A model generated the notes under the pieces. It had not been told where the DNA came from and did not search any database. It saw only the letters and a program-made list of their open reading frames with translations. Positions 1 to 11,000 of a stretch of DNA of 64,000 bases are shown here, piece after piece; the stretch's first letter is position 1, and the number at the start of each line of letters is the position of its first letter. Location: assembly GCA_963840035.1 (NCBI GenBank), contig CAWIXE010000002.1, forward strand, positions 781,685 to 845,684, written 5' to 3'. Origin of the DNA: a candidate division FCPU426 bacterium (GTDB taxonomy: Bacteria > Oederibacteriota > PGYV01 > Palsa-1178). Made by a program: the position numbers and the translations under genes.

Positions 1-566
1 TCATCAGCGGCTTTGCGCTGGTCATATAGCATATAAGCGGTAAACCCGGATAATCCGATGTCAAGAAGCGCAATCCCGGTGCTTTTCCAGTAATCGAAAC
101 CGGGCGCGTCATTTTTTTGCGCTTCAGCCAATATTACTTTTTTTTCCTCGTTTTTTCCGGTTATCAGCAGTTCTATGCGCCTGTTCGAACTCCGCCCCTG
201 TTCAGTTGAATTATCGCCTATAAAATTAGAGGCTCCGAGGCCCCGTGCGGTGAAATACTCGCCGCTTAAGCCCCTGTCTTTATATTTATCAAGGATAAAC
301 ATCATTATTGACATGGCTCTGGCCTGGGAGAGTATTATATTGTGTTCCGGAGTGCCGGTATTATCAGTATAACCGTCAATGCGTATCGACGGTATTTCCC
401 TCTTTTCAAGGAAATCACCGATAACATCAGTCAGCCTGTTAAGCTCACTGAAATATTCAGCGGGTATGACTGAACTGTCGATTGCGAAAGTCAGAGCCCG
501 TGAAAATATCGGCATTAAGAATAATGCAAAGATAAACAAACATATACGTGTCTGCCTTGAATACAT
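1..566 (-). CDS. OmpA/MotB-family peptidoglycan-associated protein, 3' end outside window
   Basis: Absent from the ORF track because no stop lies in the window. Hand translation of the minus strand from ATG ~566 (AAGGGG SD upstream) gives MYSRQTRICLFIFALFLMPIFS (signal-like). It continues ...IRIDGYTDNTGTPEHNIILSQARA...GDNSTEQGRSSNRRIELLI, an OmpA C-terminal-like motif set. Confidence 0.75.
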   Translation of the reverse strand, partial: MYSRQTRICLFIFALFLMPIFSRALTFAIDSSVIPAEYFSELNRLTDVIGDFLEKREIPSIRIDGYTDNTGTPEHNIILSQARAMSIMMFILDKYKDRGLSGEYFTARGLGASNFIGDNSTEQGRSSNRRIELLITGKNEEKKVILAEAQKNDAPGFDYWKSTGIALLDIGLSGFTAYMLYDQRKAAD

Positions 567-608
567 TAATATCCCCTTATATTATTACAATGTTTTGGCG
601 TTAGTGTG

Positions 609-3224
609 TTATTCGTTTTTTCCGCAGCACTTCTTGTATTTTTTTCCCGACCCGCATGGGCATGCGTCGTTTCTGCCTACTTTGGGCTTATCACGGCGTA
701 TTGTTTCCACCTTTGCCTCGCCTTCAGGCGAGTTGGCGTACATTTCCCTTTCGTCCATGGGCGGCGGCCCGTTCTGCGCCGCCGGCAGCCTGAACTCAGG
801 CCTTGATTCCTTCATCTCTGAGGCAAACTGCCTTCTTGTGAGCTGGGATTCATTAACTACCTGAACCCTGAAGAGGAACTCTATTACCTCGGTTTCAGTG
901 GAAACTATCATATCCTGGAAAAGCTTGAAGGCTTCTTTTTTGTATTCAAGCAGCGGGTCTTTCTGCGCGTAAGCGCGCAGCCCGATGCCTTCCTTTAAGT
1001 GGTCCATGGCGTAGAGGTGCTCGCGCCATTTGGTGTCAACAACCTGAAGCACTATGTTCCTCTCGATGTCGCGCATGAGTTCAGAACCGAGCAGGTTTTC
1101 TTTCCTGTCATATTCTTCCTTTAGTTTATCAAAAATATCGCTTTCCAGAAGTTCGGGCGTAAGCTGGCTTATATCCTGTTTTGTTTTATCTATGGCATAC
1201 TCGACGCCATATACGCTTTTGATTTTTTCGCGCATCATATCAAAGTCCCATTCCTCGGGGTATGTCTTTTCCGGGGCCACTTCATATACGATATCCTTTA
1301 CAACTTCGGAAAGCATTTCCATGACAGAGTCCTTAAGGTTCCTGCCTTCGAGTACGGCAACGCGGCGGCCGTATACTACCGAGCGCTGGTTGTTCAAAAC
1401 GTCGTCAAAATCGAGCAGGTGTTTTCTTATTGAAAAATTATGGCCTTCCACGGTTTTCTGCGCGCGTTCTATTGATTTTGATATCCATGGATGCTCGACC
1501 CTGTCTTCGTCAGTCATTCCCATGGTTTCCATAACGCCTTTAATCTTGTCTGAGCCGAAAATCCTCATTAAGTCGTCCTCGAGCGAAACAAAAAATCTTG
1601 ATTCGCCCTCGTCTCCCTGTCTTCCTGAACGGCCGCGGAGCTGGTTGTCGATTCGCCGTGATTCATGGCGCTCGGTGCCTATGACATAAAGCCCGCCTAA
1701 TGCCTTGACGCCTTCGCCTAAAACTATGTCGGTGCCTCGGCCTGCCATATTGGTGGCTACTGTGACCGCGTCTTTCTGCCCGGCTTTTGAGACAATCTCA
1801 GCCTCGCGTTCATGGTTCTTGGCATTCAGGAGTTCGTGTTTAATACCTCTTTTATTGAGCATTTCGCTTAACATTTCATTTTTTGAAATAGAAGTGGTTC
1901 CTACAAGCACGGGCTGCCCGAGCTTGTGTCTTTCCACTATTTCGCCCGCTATGGCCCGGTACTTGCCTTTTTCATTTTTATAAATGGCATCAGCACCGTC
2001 TATCCTTATCATGGGGTTGTTTGTCGGCACTGTAATGACGTCAAGCTTGTATATCTGCCAGAACTCCTCGGCCTCGGTCTGGGCCGTACCTGTCATACCG
2101 GCAATTTTTTCATATATCCTGAAATAGTTCTGAAGCGTTATGGTGGCAAGCGTCTGGTTCTCACGCTCGATTTTCACCCTTTCTTTTGCTTCCACTGCCT
2201 GGTGAAGCCCGTCAGACCACCTGCGTCCCGGCATTAAACGGCCGGTGAATTCGTCAACTATTGTGACCTTGCCGTCCTTTACGATATAATCCTTATCCCT
2301 TTTGAAAAGCGTGTGAGCCTTTAGTCCCTGGTTAACATGGTGGATAATCTCAATGTTCTGCGGGTCATACAGGTTTGGCTTATTCAGCAACGCCTCACAC
2401 TTTGCCACGCCTGCCTCGGTTAAGAATGCGGAATGCGCTTTTTCATCTATTTGATAGTCAGTTTCCTTGAATAATTTCGGTATAATCCTGTCTATGGTGT
2501 AATAAAGCTCCGTGGATTCTTCCGCCGGACCGGAAATAATGAGCGGGGTCCTTGCCTCGTCGATTAGGATGGAGTCAACTTCGTCAATGATGGCGTAATG
2601 AAGCGAGCGCTGCACCCTTTCCTGGGGGTAAACAGCCATATTATCGCGCAGGTAGTCAAAACCATATTCGTTATTTGTCCCGTAGGTCACGTCCGCGGCG
2701 TATGCGGCCTGCCGTTCTTCAGTGGAAGAGCCGTTCTTTATGCATCCGACGGTAAGGCCGAGGAAGTTATGAATGGTTCCCATGCCCTTAAAGTTGCCTT
2801 TTCCGAGCGAGTCGCGCTCAGCCAGGTAGTCATTAACCGTAATAACATGCACGCCTTTTCCTGTAAGCGCGTTTAAGTACGTGGGCAGTGTGGCAACAAG
2901 GGTTTTTCCTTCGCCGGTGCGCATCTCTGATATTTTACCCTGGTGAAGCACTATGCCGCCCATGAGCTGAACATCAAAGTGGCGCATTCCCATTACCCTT
3001 TTTGAGGCCTCGCGCACAACCGCGAAAGCAGCCGGAAGTATGTCATCTAAGGTCTCGCCATTGGCGAGCCGCCCTTTAAACTCGGTTGTTTTTGCCTTTA
3101 ATTCCTCATCAGAGAGTTTCTGGATCTCCTCTTCCATGGAATTAATTAGATCGACAAGAGGCTGTAGTTTCTTTATCTCCCGTTCATTCCTGGTCCCGAA
3201 TATTTTTTTTATAAACCCGAACAT
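609..3224 (-). CDS. secA: preprotein translocase ATPase SecA
   Basis: 871 aa. SecA-type N-terminus and DEAD-like motor motifs ([34 protein letters not shown]). C-terminal zinc-binding tail [14 protein letters not shown]. Confidence 0.97.
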   Translation of the reverse strand: MFGFIKKIFGTRNEREIKKLQPLVDLINSMEEEIQKLSDEELKAKTTEFKGRLANGETLDDILPAAFAVVREASKRVMGMRHFDVQLMGGIVLHQGKISEMRTGEGKTLVATLPTYLNALTGKGVHVITVNDYLAERDSLGKGNFKGMGTIHNFLGLTVGCIKNGSSTEERQAAYAADVTYGTNNEYGFDYLRDNMAVYPQERVQRSLHYAIIDEVDSILIDEARTPLIISGPAEESTELYYTIDRIIPKLFKETDYQIDEKAHSAFLTEAGVAKCEALLNKPNLYDPQNIEIIHHVNQGLKAHTLFKRDKDYIVKDGKVTIVDEFTGRLMPGRRWSDGLHQAVEAKERVKIERENQTLATITLQNYFRIYEKIAGMTGTAQTEAEEFWQIYKLDVITVPTNNPMIRIDGADAIYKNEKGKYRAIAGEIVERHKLGQPVLVGTTSISKNEMLSEMLNKRGIKHELLNAKNHEREAEIVSKAGQKDAVTVATNMAGRGTDIVLGEGVKALGGLYVIGTERHESRRIDNQLRGRSGRQGDEGESRFFVSLEDDLMRIFGSDKIKGVMETMGMTDEDRVEHPWISKSIERAQKTVEGHNFSIRKHLLDFDDVLNNQRSVVYGRRVAVLEGRNLKDSVMEMLSEVVKDIVYEVAPEKTYPEEWDFDMMREKIKSVYGVEYAIDKTKQDISQLTPELLESDIFDKLKEEYDRKENLLGSELMRDIERNIVLQVVDTKWREHLYAMDHLKEGIGLRAYAQKDPLLEYKKEAFKLFQDMIVSTETEVIEFLFRVQVVNESQLTRRQFASEMKESRPEFRLPAAQNGPPPMDEREMYANSPEGEAKVETIRRDKPKVGRNDACPCGSGKKYKKCCGKNE

Positions 3225-3320
3225 AGTTGCTCCTTTACAGCTGATTAATCAGCATGCGGTTAAGTTTGAAAACAAGTAAAATATTAGATATTAAACGCTT
3301 TTACGCGCCCGTTAGTTTTT

Positions 3321-4163
3321 TTACTTGATCTCGAAATCGTAATCTTTCTTGCGCCTTGACGAATCTCCGCCTCTCCTGGCTATGAGGATTATGATAAGTA
3401 TGAGAAGCAGCAATCCCACCCCGATGATTATGTAAAGAAGGTAAGGGCTCTCCGGCTCGACGGAAATGTCGAGCGGGAAATCTTTTTCCATGGCTGAATA
3501 CTTCATCTTTAATGTCAGCGGAAGCCTGGCGTCGCCGTCATAACTGCCGAGAATCAGTATCTCGAAAGTAAGTTCTCTTTTATCGCCTGCCAATACGGTC
3601 TGCAGGTCTTTGTCCTTATCTTTATCGGAAATAATAATGCTTGTATGGCCGCTTAAGAGGCTTGCGGATGTGTAAAAAGATGGCTGCTCGCCGGTATTCT
3701 GCAGGGTAAATATCATCCTGAATTTCCTGTCCCTGTCTAAAACCCCGAAATAATTCCCAAAGTTCCTTTTCTTCGCTATTTCCTCTGCTGAAGCGGCTAC
3801 TATACTGAACTCAGCCTGCCTTCCGGCGGGTGTGGGTGCTGCTGTCGGATAAGGAGTAGGTACAGGCGTGGGCTGTTTTTTTACGATTTTTTTAGGCGTG
3901 GGTTTCGCTGTAGCTTTCGGGGCCGGTTTCTCAGTCGGTTTGGGTGTGGGCGCAACAGTGGGTTCGTCGGTCGGAACTTCTGTCGGGACAGCGGTAGGCT
4001 TATCCACCTTGTCTACTGTGCCAGAATCAAGCAGGCTCCCGGTGTCATGTTTATTGACCTGGTCTGTTTCCAGAAAGTCGCTGTCGCTTTCATCCTCTGC
4101 CATGCTGAAAGCCGGAAATAGTATAAAAACCGCGATAATAAATGATAATAAAATTTTTTTCAT
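3321..4163 (-). CDS. hypothetical exported protein, Pro/Thr-rich linker, C-terminal membrane anchor
   Basis: 280 aa. N-terminal signal peptide, PTxxPT low-complexity stretch, hydrophobic helix near the C-terminus followed by a basic tail. Confidence 0.6.
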   Translation of the reverse strand: MKKILLSFIIAVFILFPAFSMAEDESDSDFLETDQVNKHDTGSLLDSGTVDKVDKPTAVPTEVPTDEPTVAPTPKPTEKPAPKATAKPTPKKIVKKQPTPVPTPYPTAAPTPAGRQAEFSIVAASAEEIAKKRNFGNYFGVLDRDRKFRMIFTLQNTGEQPSFYTSASLLSGHTSIIISDKDKDKDLQTVLAGDKRELTFEILILGSYDGDARLPLTLKMKYSAMEKDFPLDISVEPESPYLLYIIIGVGLLLLILIIILIARRGGDSSRRKKDYDFEIK

Positions 4164-4271
4164 TTCAATCCTCCGTAAATTGGTTTTTTACCCTTTATAT
4201 ATTATCATATTTTGACACTTTTTCAACAGATATAAACCAATATTGAGGGTTAAATTGCCGCTTGTAAGGAG

Positions 4272-4469
4272 TTATTTTTTGCCTGTTTTTTTAGTTTTTT
4301 TTGTCTTTGTATTCTTCGGGGCAGATATTTTTTCTTCCCCGTCCTTTAAGCCTTTTTCAAATTCGCCTTTTGCCTTTCCAAGCGAGCGCGCGATCTTCGG
4401 TATGGCTGCCGCACCGAATAAAAGCAGTACTATGAGACCTATTACGATTATTTCCTGAAGTCCTATCAT
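4272..4469 (-). CDS. tatA: twin-arginine translocase subunit TatA/E
   Basis: MIGLQEIIVIGLIVLLLFGAAAIPKIARSLGKAKGEFEKG is the TatA TM plus amphipathic helix pattern. I placed the start at the internal ATG (4469), which has a GGAGGG SD 5 nt upstream. Confidence 0.85.
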   Translation of the reverse strand: MIGLQEIIVIGLIVLLLFGAAAIPKIARSLGKAKGEFEKGLKDGEEKISAPKNTKTKKTKKTGKK

Positions 4470-4485
4470 GTTTCCCTCCTGTTTT

Positions 4486-5229
4486 TTAAGTGCCTGTGGC
4501 AAGCCGCTCGATGAGCTCGCGCGGCATGCCCAGTTTTATCATTTTCTCCTGAGTGGCTTTATAGTTATAGCTAATTCTTTTGAATGTCAGTGTGCATGAT
4601 TTTGTATCATAAAAAACAACGCATGCCGATGGCTTGTAATCCCTTGGCTGTCCGACAGATCCGACATTTATTATGTACTTTTTGTCCTGGGCTAAGTTGA
4701 TTATTTCCAGGTCCTCATCAAGGTTCATGCAAAGGCCGTGCGCTTTTGACATGTCGTAAATGTAAATAAGGGGGTGGTGGGTGTGCCCTACAAAACACAC
4801 TTTTTCTGGGAAATAACTCATGTTTTCCCTGAATTTTTCCACGAGAAAAAGGTATTCATTCAGGCAGTCCCTGGGCGAGCCGTGGACAAAACGTACGTCG
4901 TTTTCAGATATGAATTCATCAAGCATAAGCAGGTAGTTTTTATCCTCTTCAGTCATCATTTTCAGGTTGGCGGCAAGAGATGCTTTTGCGGGTTCGTTAA
5001 AATCAAAGTCAGATATCCTGCCTGACGCCGCCGCATCGTGGTTGCCCGCCACTGAGCGGAAATTTGTAAGGCTTTTGACAGCGTCAATGCAAAGGCGCGG
5101 GTCAGGCCCGTAGCCTATTATATCGCCGCATGATATGATTTTGTCCACGGGGTTTGTTTTTAAATAGTCAAGGACAGCGGTGAGGGCTTCATAATTTGAA
5201 TGAATATCTGAAATAACGCAATATCTCAT
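4486..5229 (-). CDS. metallophosphoesterase (YfcE/MJ0936-like)
   Basis: 247 aa with the ordered motifs DIHSN, GDIIGYG, GNHD, VHGSP, GHTHH. Confidence 0.85.
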   Translation of the reverse strand: MRYCVISDIHSNYEALTAVLDYLKTNPVDKIISCGDIIGYGPDPRLCIDAVKSLTNFRSVAGNHDAAASGRISDFDFNEPAKASLAANLKMMTEEDKNYLLMLDEFISENDVRFVHGSPRDCLNEYLFLVEKFRENMSYFPEKVCFVGHTHHPLIYIYDMSKAHGLCMNLDEDLEIINLAQDKKYIINVGSVGQPRDYKPSACVVFYDTKSCTLTFKRISYNYKATQEKMIKLGMPRELIERLATGT

Positions 5230-5246
5230 CTTCCCTCCATCCGGGT

Positions 5247-6179
5247 TTACTTAGTTCCTGATTGTTTGTTGCCTGACATTTCATTTATGTTTTTTATCTT
5301 CTTTTTTGTTTTGGAAATGTTATCGAGGATCTTTTCATCGCCCGGTGTCAGTATCAGGACCTTTTCCCAGAGGGCGATGGCTTCGTCATATTTCCATCCT
5401 GTATATTTTTCCACGGCCGCGATATTGAGCCTGTCAGCCTCATTTTTTATCCTGATATCCATGGACTCAAGTGTCGAAGCCGCCATTGTATTGCCCGGGT
5501 CGAGTTCGCCTATTTTTCTTAAGGCGTATACTGATTCTGTTATCAGCCCTTTTTTTTCATTGGAAACGGAATCGGCAAAGAGCGCGTCTATGGCTGCCGA
5601 ATAGGCTTCTTCAGCTGCTTTTAAAAGTGCTGCCGCGTCACCGTTTCCCGGATTAAGTTTGAGCGCCTGTTTATACGCGTCGCAGGAAGCGCGGTAACTG
5701 CCATTTTTTGAGAGTTTAAGCCCTTTACTTAAAAGTTCCTTGAATTTTTTTTCGTTTTTTGCCAGTTCATTCCGGCACTTATTCATGGAGGTTTTAAGGG
5801 TTTTAGGCTTGTTTTTATCTGTAAAGAGCATATCAGCGGATGTTAATTCATCAAGAGCTGATCTATAATTGCCGTTTTTCATAAGCGCGGCAGCTTTGTC
5901 GAAATGTCCCTGCGCTTCTTTAATGGAAGTATCCTCAGGAGTTTCCGCGACAGCCTGTGCCGCAGCGGTTTTTGTGGATGTTTTTTCTTCCGGAAGCGCC
6001 GGCTCGTTGCCGGTTAAGTCTTCCTTTACGTCAGGCATTTCCGGCTCGTCTTTAATGACCGGAAGCGCAGCGGGTTCCTCTGCAGAAATATCAACTATGT
6101 CAGCCGGATCCGATGATATGACAGCTGACGGCATAGCGGCCAGGAGCAGTATCATGGCCGGTAATAAATACCGGTGCAT
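5247..6179 (-). CDS. hypothetical secreted TPR-like helical repeat protein
   Basis: 310 aa. Signal peptide, acidic/Pro-rich linker, then Ala/Lys-rich helical repeats resembling TPR. Confidence 0.55.
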   Translation of the reverse strand: MHRYLLPAMILLLAAMPSAVISSDPADIVDISAEEPAALPVIKDEPEMPDVKEDLTGNEPALPEEKTSTKTAAAQAVAETPEDTSIKEAQGHFDKAAALMKNGNYRSALDELTSADMLFTDKNKPKTLKTSMNKCRNELAKNEKKFKELLSKGLKLSKNGSYRASCDAYKQALKLNPGNGDAAALLKAAEEAYSAAIDALFADSVSNEKKGLITESVYALRKIGELDPGNTMAASTLESMDIRIKNEADRLNIAAVEKYTGWKYDEAIALWEKVLILTPGDEKILDNISKTKKKIKNINEMSGNKQSGTK

Positions 6180-6180
6180 G

Positions 6181-6717
6181 TTAATACCTTTCTTCCTTTG
6201 TCATTATTCCGGTTTCATCAAACTGGCGTATCTGAAGAAGTTTGCCTTTTTTATATACCGCGTCGGTTTTTACGCGGCCGGTGCCGTAGTATTCCCTGAC
6301 GACCCCGTCTAAAATGCCGTTTACGTATGTTTCCTCGGCTTCCACCATGCCTGTCTCAAAATACATCCGGAAAAGTCCGGCGCGTTTGCCTTTCTTGAAG
6401 GCGCCTTCAATCTTCAAACTTCCGGTTTCGTGAAATTGTTTCCAGTAGCCGTCTAGCTCGTTCTGCCTGAAGGCCCCTTCCTCGTCTATTTTTCCCTGTT
6501 CGGATAAAAGCAGGTACCTGCCGTTAAGTTCATTATTTTTATATGTCATTTCAGATGACAGCATGCCCGAAGGATGATACATGCGCACTATGCCTGATAT
6601 CTTTTTTCCTTCTTTTTTAATAGTGCCGTTATCGTCATATATCCAGCGGGCTATTTCCTTCCTGTCTTTGTAAAAAAACTGTATGTTTGCTGTCATTGAA
6701 GCGGTCAGTTCGTCCAT
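6181..6717 (-). CDS. MORN-repeat-variant (YwqK-like) protein
   Basis: 178 aa with repeated G-x-W-x-x-[FY]-x-x-x-G/EG units (ELNGRYLLLSEQGK, LDGYWKQFHETGS, KRAGLFRMYFETG, ILDGVVREYYGTG). Confidence 0.7.
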   Translation of the reverse strand: MDELTASMTANIQFFYKDRKEIARWIYDDNGTIKKEGKKISGIVRMYHPSGMLSSEMTYKNNELNGRYLLLSEQGKIDEEGAFRQNELDGYWKQFHETGSLKIEGAFKKGKRAGLFRMYFETGMVEAEETYVNGILDGVVREYYGTGRVKTDAVYKKGKLLQIRQFDETGIMTKEERY

Positions 6718-6757
6718 AAGTACCCCTTTTTAACTGTAATATGCTATTTTAACACAA

Positions 6758-7888
6758 TTATTCCCCGCCAATAACTATTATTTTTGACTTTTTTGCCAGT
6801 TCGCGTTTTTTTCTTCGTTTTTTCATGTTTATGACAAATATGGCGGTTAAAGCCGCGAGTATGGCCAGTAATATGACAATAGTAATGCCCTTAAAGTTCC
6901 TGTTGGCCAGCAGCCCTTTTAATGCCCATATTTTCAGGGATCCGTCCCTGCATGCCGTTGCAAGGTATTCCGAACCCGGGGAAACTGAGACTGAATATAC
7001 CTCGTCGTTGTGGCCGCTTATTACCTCGGAGAGCCTTCCGGTTTTGGCGTCCCATATTTTTGTCAGAGTGTCTTTGCCGGATGAAATCAGGAGGCTGCCG
7101 TCCGGAGAGAATACCAGGCCCCATATGATGTTTTCGTGCGCTACGTTTGTCCATATGAGAAGGCCGTCTTCAGCCCTCCAGAATTTCAAAAACCGGTTCT
7201 CGCCTCCCGCCGCCACATACTGCGAGTCCGCGGAGAAAGCCGCCGCGTAGACAAGCGAACCGTGGTTTAGTACCCTTGCCTGCTTAAATGAGACGCCGCC
7301 TTTGCCGAGGATGGAGTTGATAAGATTCTTATGGTCTATCTCCCATAAGATGACTGATTGGCCGCAACCGGCAGCCATGAACTTACCGTCATTTGAAAAC
7401 TTTATTGACCTCGCGTACAGGTCGCCTATTGGAACTTCAAAATATTTTTTTCCGTCCTTCACTCCAAAGACCGAAATGTTGCGGTAGGTTCCTACCGCTA
7501 AAAGCTTTGAATCGCTGGAAAACGCCGCCGAATAAAGAGGCTCCTTAAAAACATCAAAAGCTTTGATGAGGTTTCCGCCGGTTGTTTCCCAGAGTTTTAA
7601 GGTGTTATCGCGGCCGGCGGTGGCGAAATATTTGGCGTCCGGAGAAAACACGGCGCACTCTACCGCGGCCCCGTGGTTTATGGACAAAAGACATGTATTC
7701 CTGTCCACGTCCCATATCTTAACAGCGCCGCCTAAATCAGCCGAGAGCAGGTATGAGGTCTTTTGCGAGAAATCCACGGATGAAACGGACATCGTATGCC
7801 CTTTTAAGTCCCTGTAAAGGACTGCGGAAGCAGATAATGATGAGAAAAATGTTGTTAATGTTATAAATAAAAGTAAAAAATTCTTCAT
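6758..7888 (-). CDS. WD40 repeat protein with signal peptide and C-terminal TM anchor
   Basis: 376 aa. Repeated ...GH...V..V.FSPDG..L.S.S.D.T.K.W units (e.g. ISGHNDEVYSVSVSPGSEYLATACRDGSLKIW). Hydrophobic helix plus KKRRKKR tail. Confidence 0.85.
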   Translation of the reverse strand: MKNFLLLFITLTTFFSSLSASAVLYRDLKGHTMSVSSVDFSQKTSYLLSADLGGAVKIWDVDRNTCLLSINHGAAVECAVFSPDAKYFATAGRDNTLKLWETTGGNLIKAFDVFKEPLYSAAFSSDSKLLAVGTYRNISVFGVKDGKKYFEVPIGDLYARSIKFSNDGKFMAAGCGQSVILWEIDHKNLINSILGKGGVSFKQARVLNHGSLVYAAAFSADSQYVAAGGENRFLKFWRAEDGLLIWTNVAHENIIWGLVFSPDGSLLISSGKDTLTKIWDAKTGRLSEVISGHNDEVYSVSVSPGSEYLATACRDGSLKIWALKGLLANRNFKGITIVILLAILAALTAIFVINMKKRRKKRELAKKSKIIVIGGE

Positions 7889-7945
7889 GTTGTCTCCTTG
7901 TACGTTAAGTAATAAGTTATAAACCGGAAGTGTTTTTTACGGTGC

Positions 7946-8017
7946 TGGTAGCCGCGGCCTTTAGGCTGCGCAAGGGCGCAATGCCGGCCTTTCGCAACCT
8001 GAAGGTTGCGGCTACCA
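7946..8017. repeat. REP-like palindromic intergenic element, copy 1
   Basis: TGGTAGCCGCGGCCTTTAGGCTGCG...GCCGGCCTTTCGCAACCTGAAGGTTGCGGCTACC. Near-identical copy at 20242-20305. Outer arms GGTAGCCGC/GCGGCTACC pair. Confidence 0.8.
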
Positions 8018-8060
8018 ATACACAAAAACGCGTCCCTTTCCGCCATTATATTTCATGCTT

Positions 8061-11000
8061 TTATCTGTTCTTCTTCTCTTCAATCGTCTTTGACAGTTCC
8101 GGCTTTAATTCCAGCGCTTTTGCGAACGCTTTTTCAGCTTCTTTATGTTTGTTTTGTTCGTGAAAAAGGAAGCCTATTCGCATGTGTGTCTCGGCATGGC
8201 CCGGGTTTAAATCAAGGGCTTTTTTGAATTCTTTTTCAGCCACGTCATACCTGGTCTCGTCATGATAAATCTCACCCAGGCTTAAATGAAGCTTATAATC
8301 GCCGGGCTTAAGGGCGATGGCTTTCCTGAAGTACTCTTTTGCGTCATCATATTTTACAAGCCTGAAGCATATATTTCCAAGAAGCGAATAAATTGCCGGG
8401 TTTGATTCCTGTTTTTCAAGCATGGCCAGCAGCAGGGCTGAGGATTCATCAAAGCGCCTGGCCTCGTATAGGGCTGAGGCAAGGCTGTATTTCAGCGTTG
8501 TGTCGTCCGGCTTTAATCCGGAAAGTTTTTTAAGCTCGTCAATGGCTTTCTCCGGCCTTTTAACGGCGGTATAAAAAGTATAAAGGCTGAAGTGCGCTTT
8601 ATAATCATCCGGGAACATTTCAAGGATGTTTAAGTAAGCGGCTTCGGCTTCATCTTTTTTTCCGGCTTTCATCAGTGATGAGGCGCAGTTGTGCATTATT
8701 TTTACGTCATTGGGCTTGAGCACGCAGGCTTTTTTAAATGTCTCGGAGGCTGTTTCAAAACTTCCGTTATTGTAATACAGCTGAGCCAGCTGGTCGTAAG
8801 CCTCGGCGGAATCGGGTTTTAATTCAAGTATCCTCTGGTATTCTTTTTCGGCGTTGTTGAAATCGCCTCTATTGTAGTATATCTGGCCGAGGTTTAAGTG
8901 CACGTTCAGGTTGTCAGGCTCAAGCTCGACGGCTTTTTTAAGTTCCGCCTCGGTTTCTTTTTCCCTGGAAGGGCCGGATTTCTGTATGGCGACCGCCAGC
9001 CCGGCGTGGGCTTCAGCGTTTGACGGGTTTATGGATATGGATTTTCTGTAACATTCCTCTGATTTATCCGTTTGCCCCGACTGAAGAAAACATGCTCCGA
9101 GGCTGTACCAGGTTTCCGCGTTACCGGAGTCAAGCCCGGCTGCCTTTTCAAGCAGCGGCTCTGCTTCGGCGTACATGGATTTTTGAAGGAGAAAAGTTCC
9201 GTAATTGTGCAGGGCCTGCGGGTCCTCCGGATTAAGTTCCGTACCCCTTTTTAAATATGTTTCCGCTTCTGCCACGTTACCCTGCCTGCTGTAAATAAGC
9301 CCGAGAAGGCTTAATGCGCGGCCGTTTTCCGCCTCGGCAGAAAGAATGGCCTTGCATTCCGTTTCTGCCTGGGAATAAACATTGTGTTTAAAAAAGAAGA
9401 GCGCGAGGTCGTATCTGGCCCGCAGGTTATTCGGGTTCGCCGTAAGTATCCTGGAAAGTGTTTCCTGCGCCTCTTTATCGCGCCCGCTTTTCAGGCATCC
9501 GGAAATGAACAGGTCGAGGGCCTCTGTGTGATTGGGGTTAATCAAGACCAGTTTCTTCAGGGTTTTAATCGCGTCGTCATCCCTTCCCTGGGCGTAAATT
9601 GAAAGCGCCATCCTGTACATCGCGTCGAGGTTCATCCTGTCGAGTTCAATGGTCTTTTTAAAGGCTTCTTCGCTTTCGGGGTATTGTTTTAGTTCCAGCA
9701 GGCATAGCCCCTTTTCATAAGGCGCTGTTTTGTCGGCGGGATCAAGTTTCATCACTTCGTCGAACTGATGGCCGGCATTGGTATACTTTTTTTCCTTCAT
9801 CAGGGTTACACCGAGCCTCAAATACGCGTCTTTATATGCGGGCTCCGTTTTTACGGCTTTTTCATAATTTTTTGCTGCTTCAGCGTAGTTTTCCTGCTCG
9901 AAGTAAATGCCGGCCAGCGCGTAATACGCCCGCGAATTGGCCGCGTCCAGCGAGAGTTCCTTTTTAAATGACGCTTCAGCCTCGGCCTTTTGTCCCATGT
10001 TGTAATAGGCCATGCCGAGCGCGTAATTAACCCTGGAAAAACCCGGCTTAATTTCAGAGAGTTTTTTCAGGGCTGCCGCGGATTCCGCGAACTTTTTTAT
10101 TGTGTACCTTGCCACGCCGAGGTTGTACCAGGCGTTGTAATTGTCCTTTGCGTATTCGGTGGTCTTAAGGAAATACTCCTCAGCATCCTCGTTTCTGCCT
10201 TCGCTGCGCGCGATAAGCCCCAGGTTATACCATGCCTGGGCGTGCGCCGGGTCGTTGGCCAGGAGTTTTTTATATATCTCCCCTGCTTCGCTGAATTTTT
10301 TGTTGTCATAATATATCATGGCAAGCGTGCTGTATGATTCCGAGTGGGCCGGATTTTTCTCTATGGCGTCGCGGAAAAAGCTTTCGGCTTTATCATATTC
10401 CTTGTTGTTATAATACATAAGGCCTATGGAATAGTAAGCGTCATCATGGCCCGGGTTCGCGCCTATGGCCCTTGAAAAAGCTTCTTTTGCCTCTTCTGAT
10501 TTGCCTTCTTTGGTATATATGTGTCCAAGCAGATACCACGCGTCCGCGTTCATGGGGCTGATATCAACGGCTTTTTTAAAGGCGTTTTCCGCGTCTTTTA
10601 ACCTGTCCAGGTCGTAATATATCTGGCCCAGAAGGCTGAAAGTCTCGGAATATCCCGGGTTTATCCTGATGGACTTGTTGAGCAGGTCAATGGCGTTTTC
10701 ATGGCTGCCCGTGCCTTCAAAAAAGCGCGCCATCTGGGTCAACAATATGCCGGCGGTGTTTATGTGTTCCAGGGTGCGTTTGTATATGATCTCTTCCCTG
10801 GGCGCCTGGGTAAACGGGTGCTGTACGCCCTTGTCCCTCATGTTTATGTTTATCTTGGTGGAGCCGTCGTCATAACGCAGAAAGAAGTGGCCGGGCGCCA
10901 CCGAACCGTACACGGGCATATATACGGCGTCGGCTATCAGAAGGTATATCAGAGATAAAGTGATGCATACGCCTTCTTTTTCCTTCATGACGCGGTAAAT

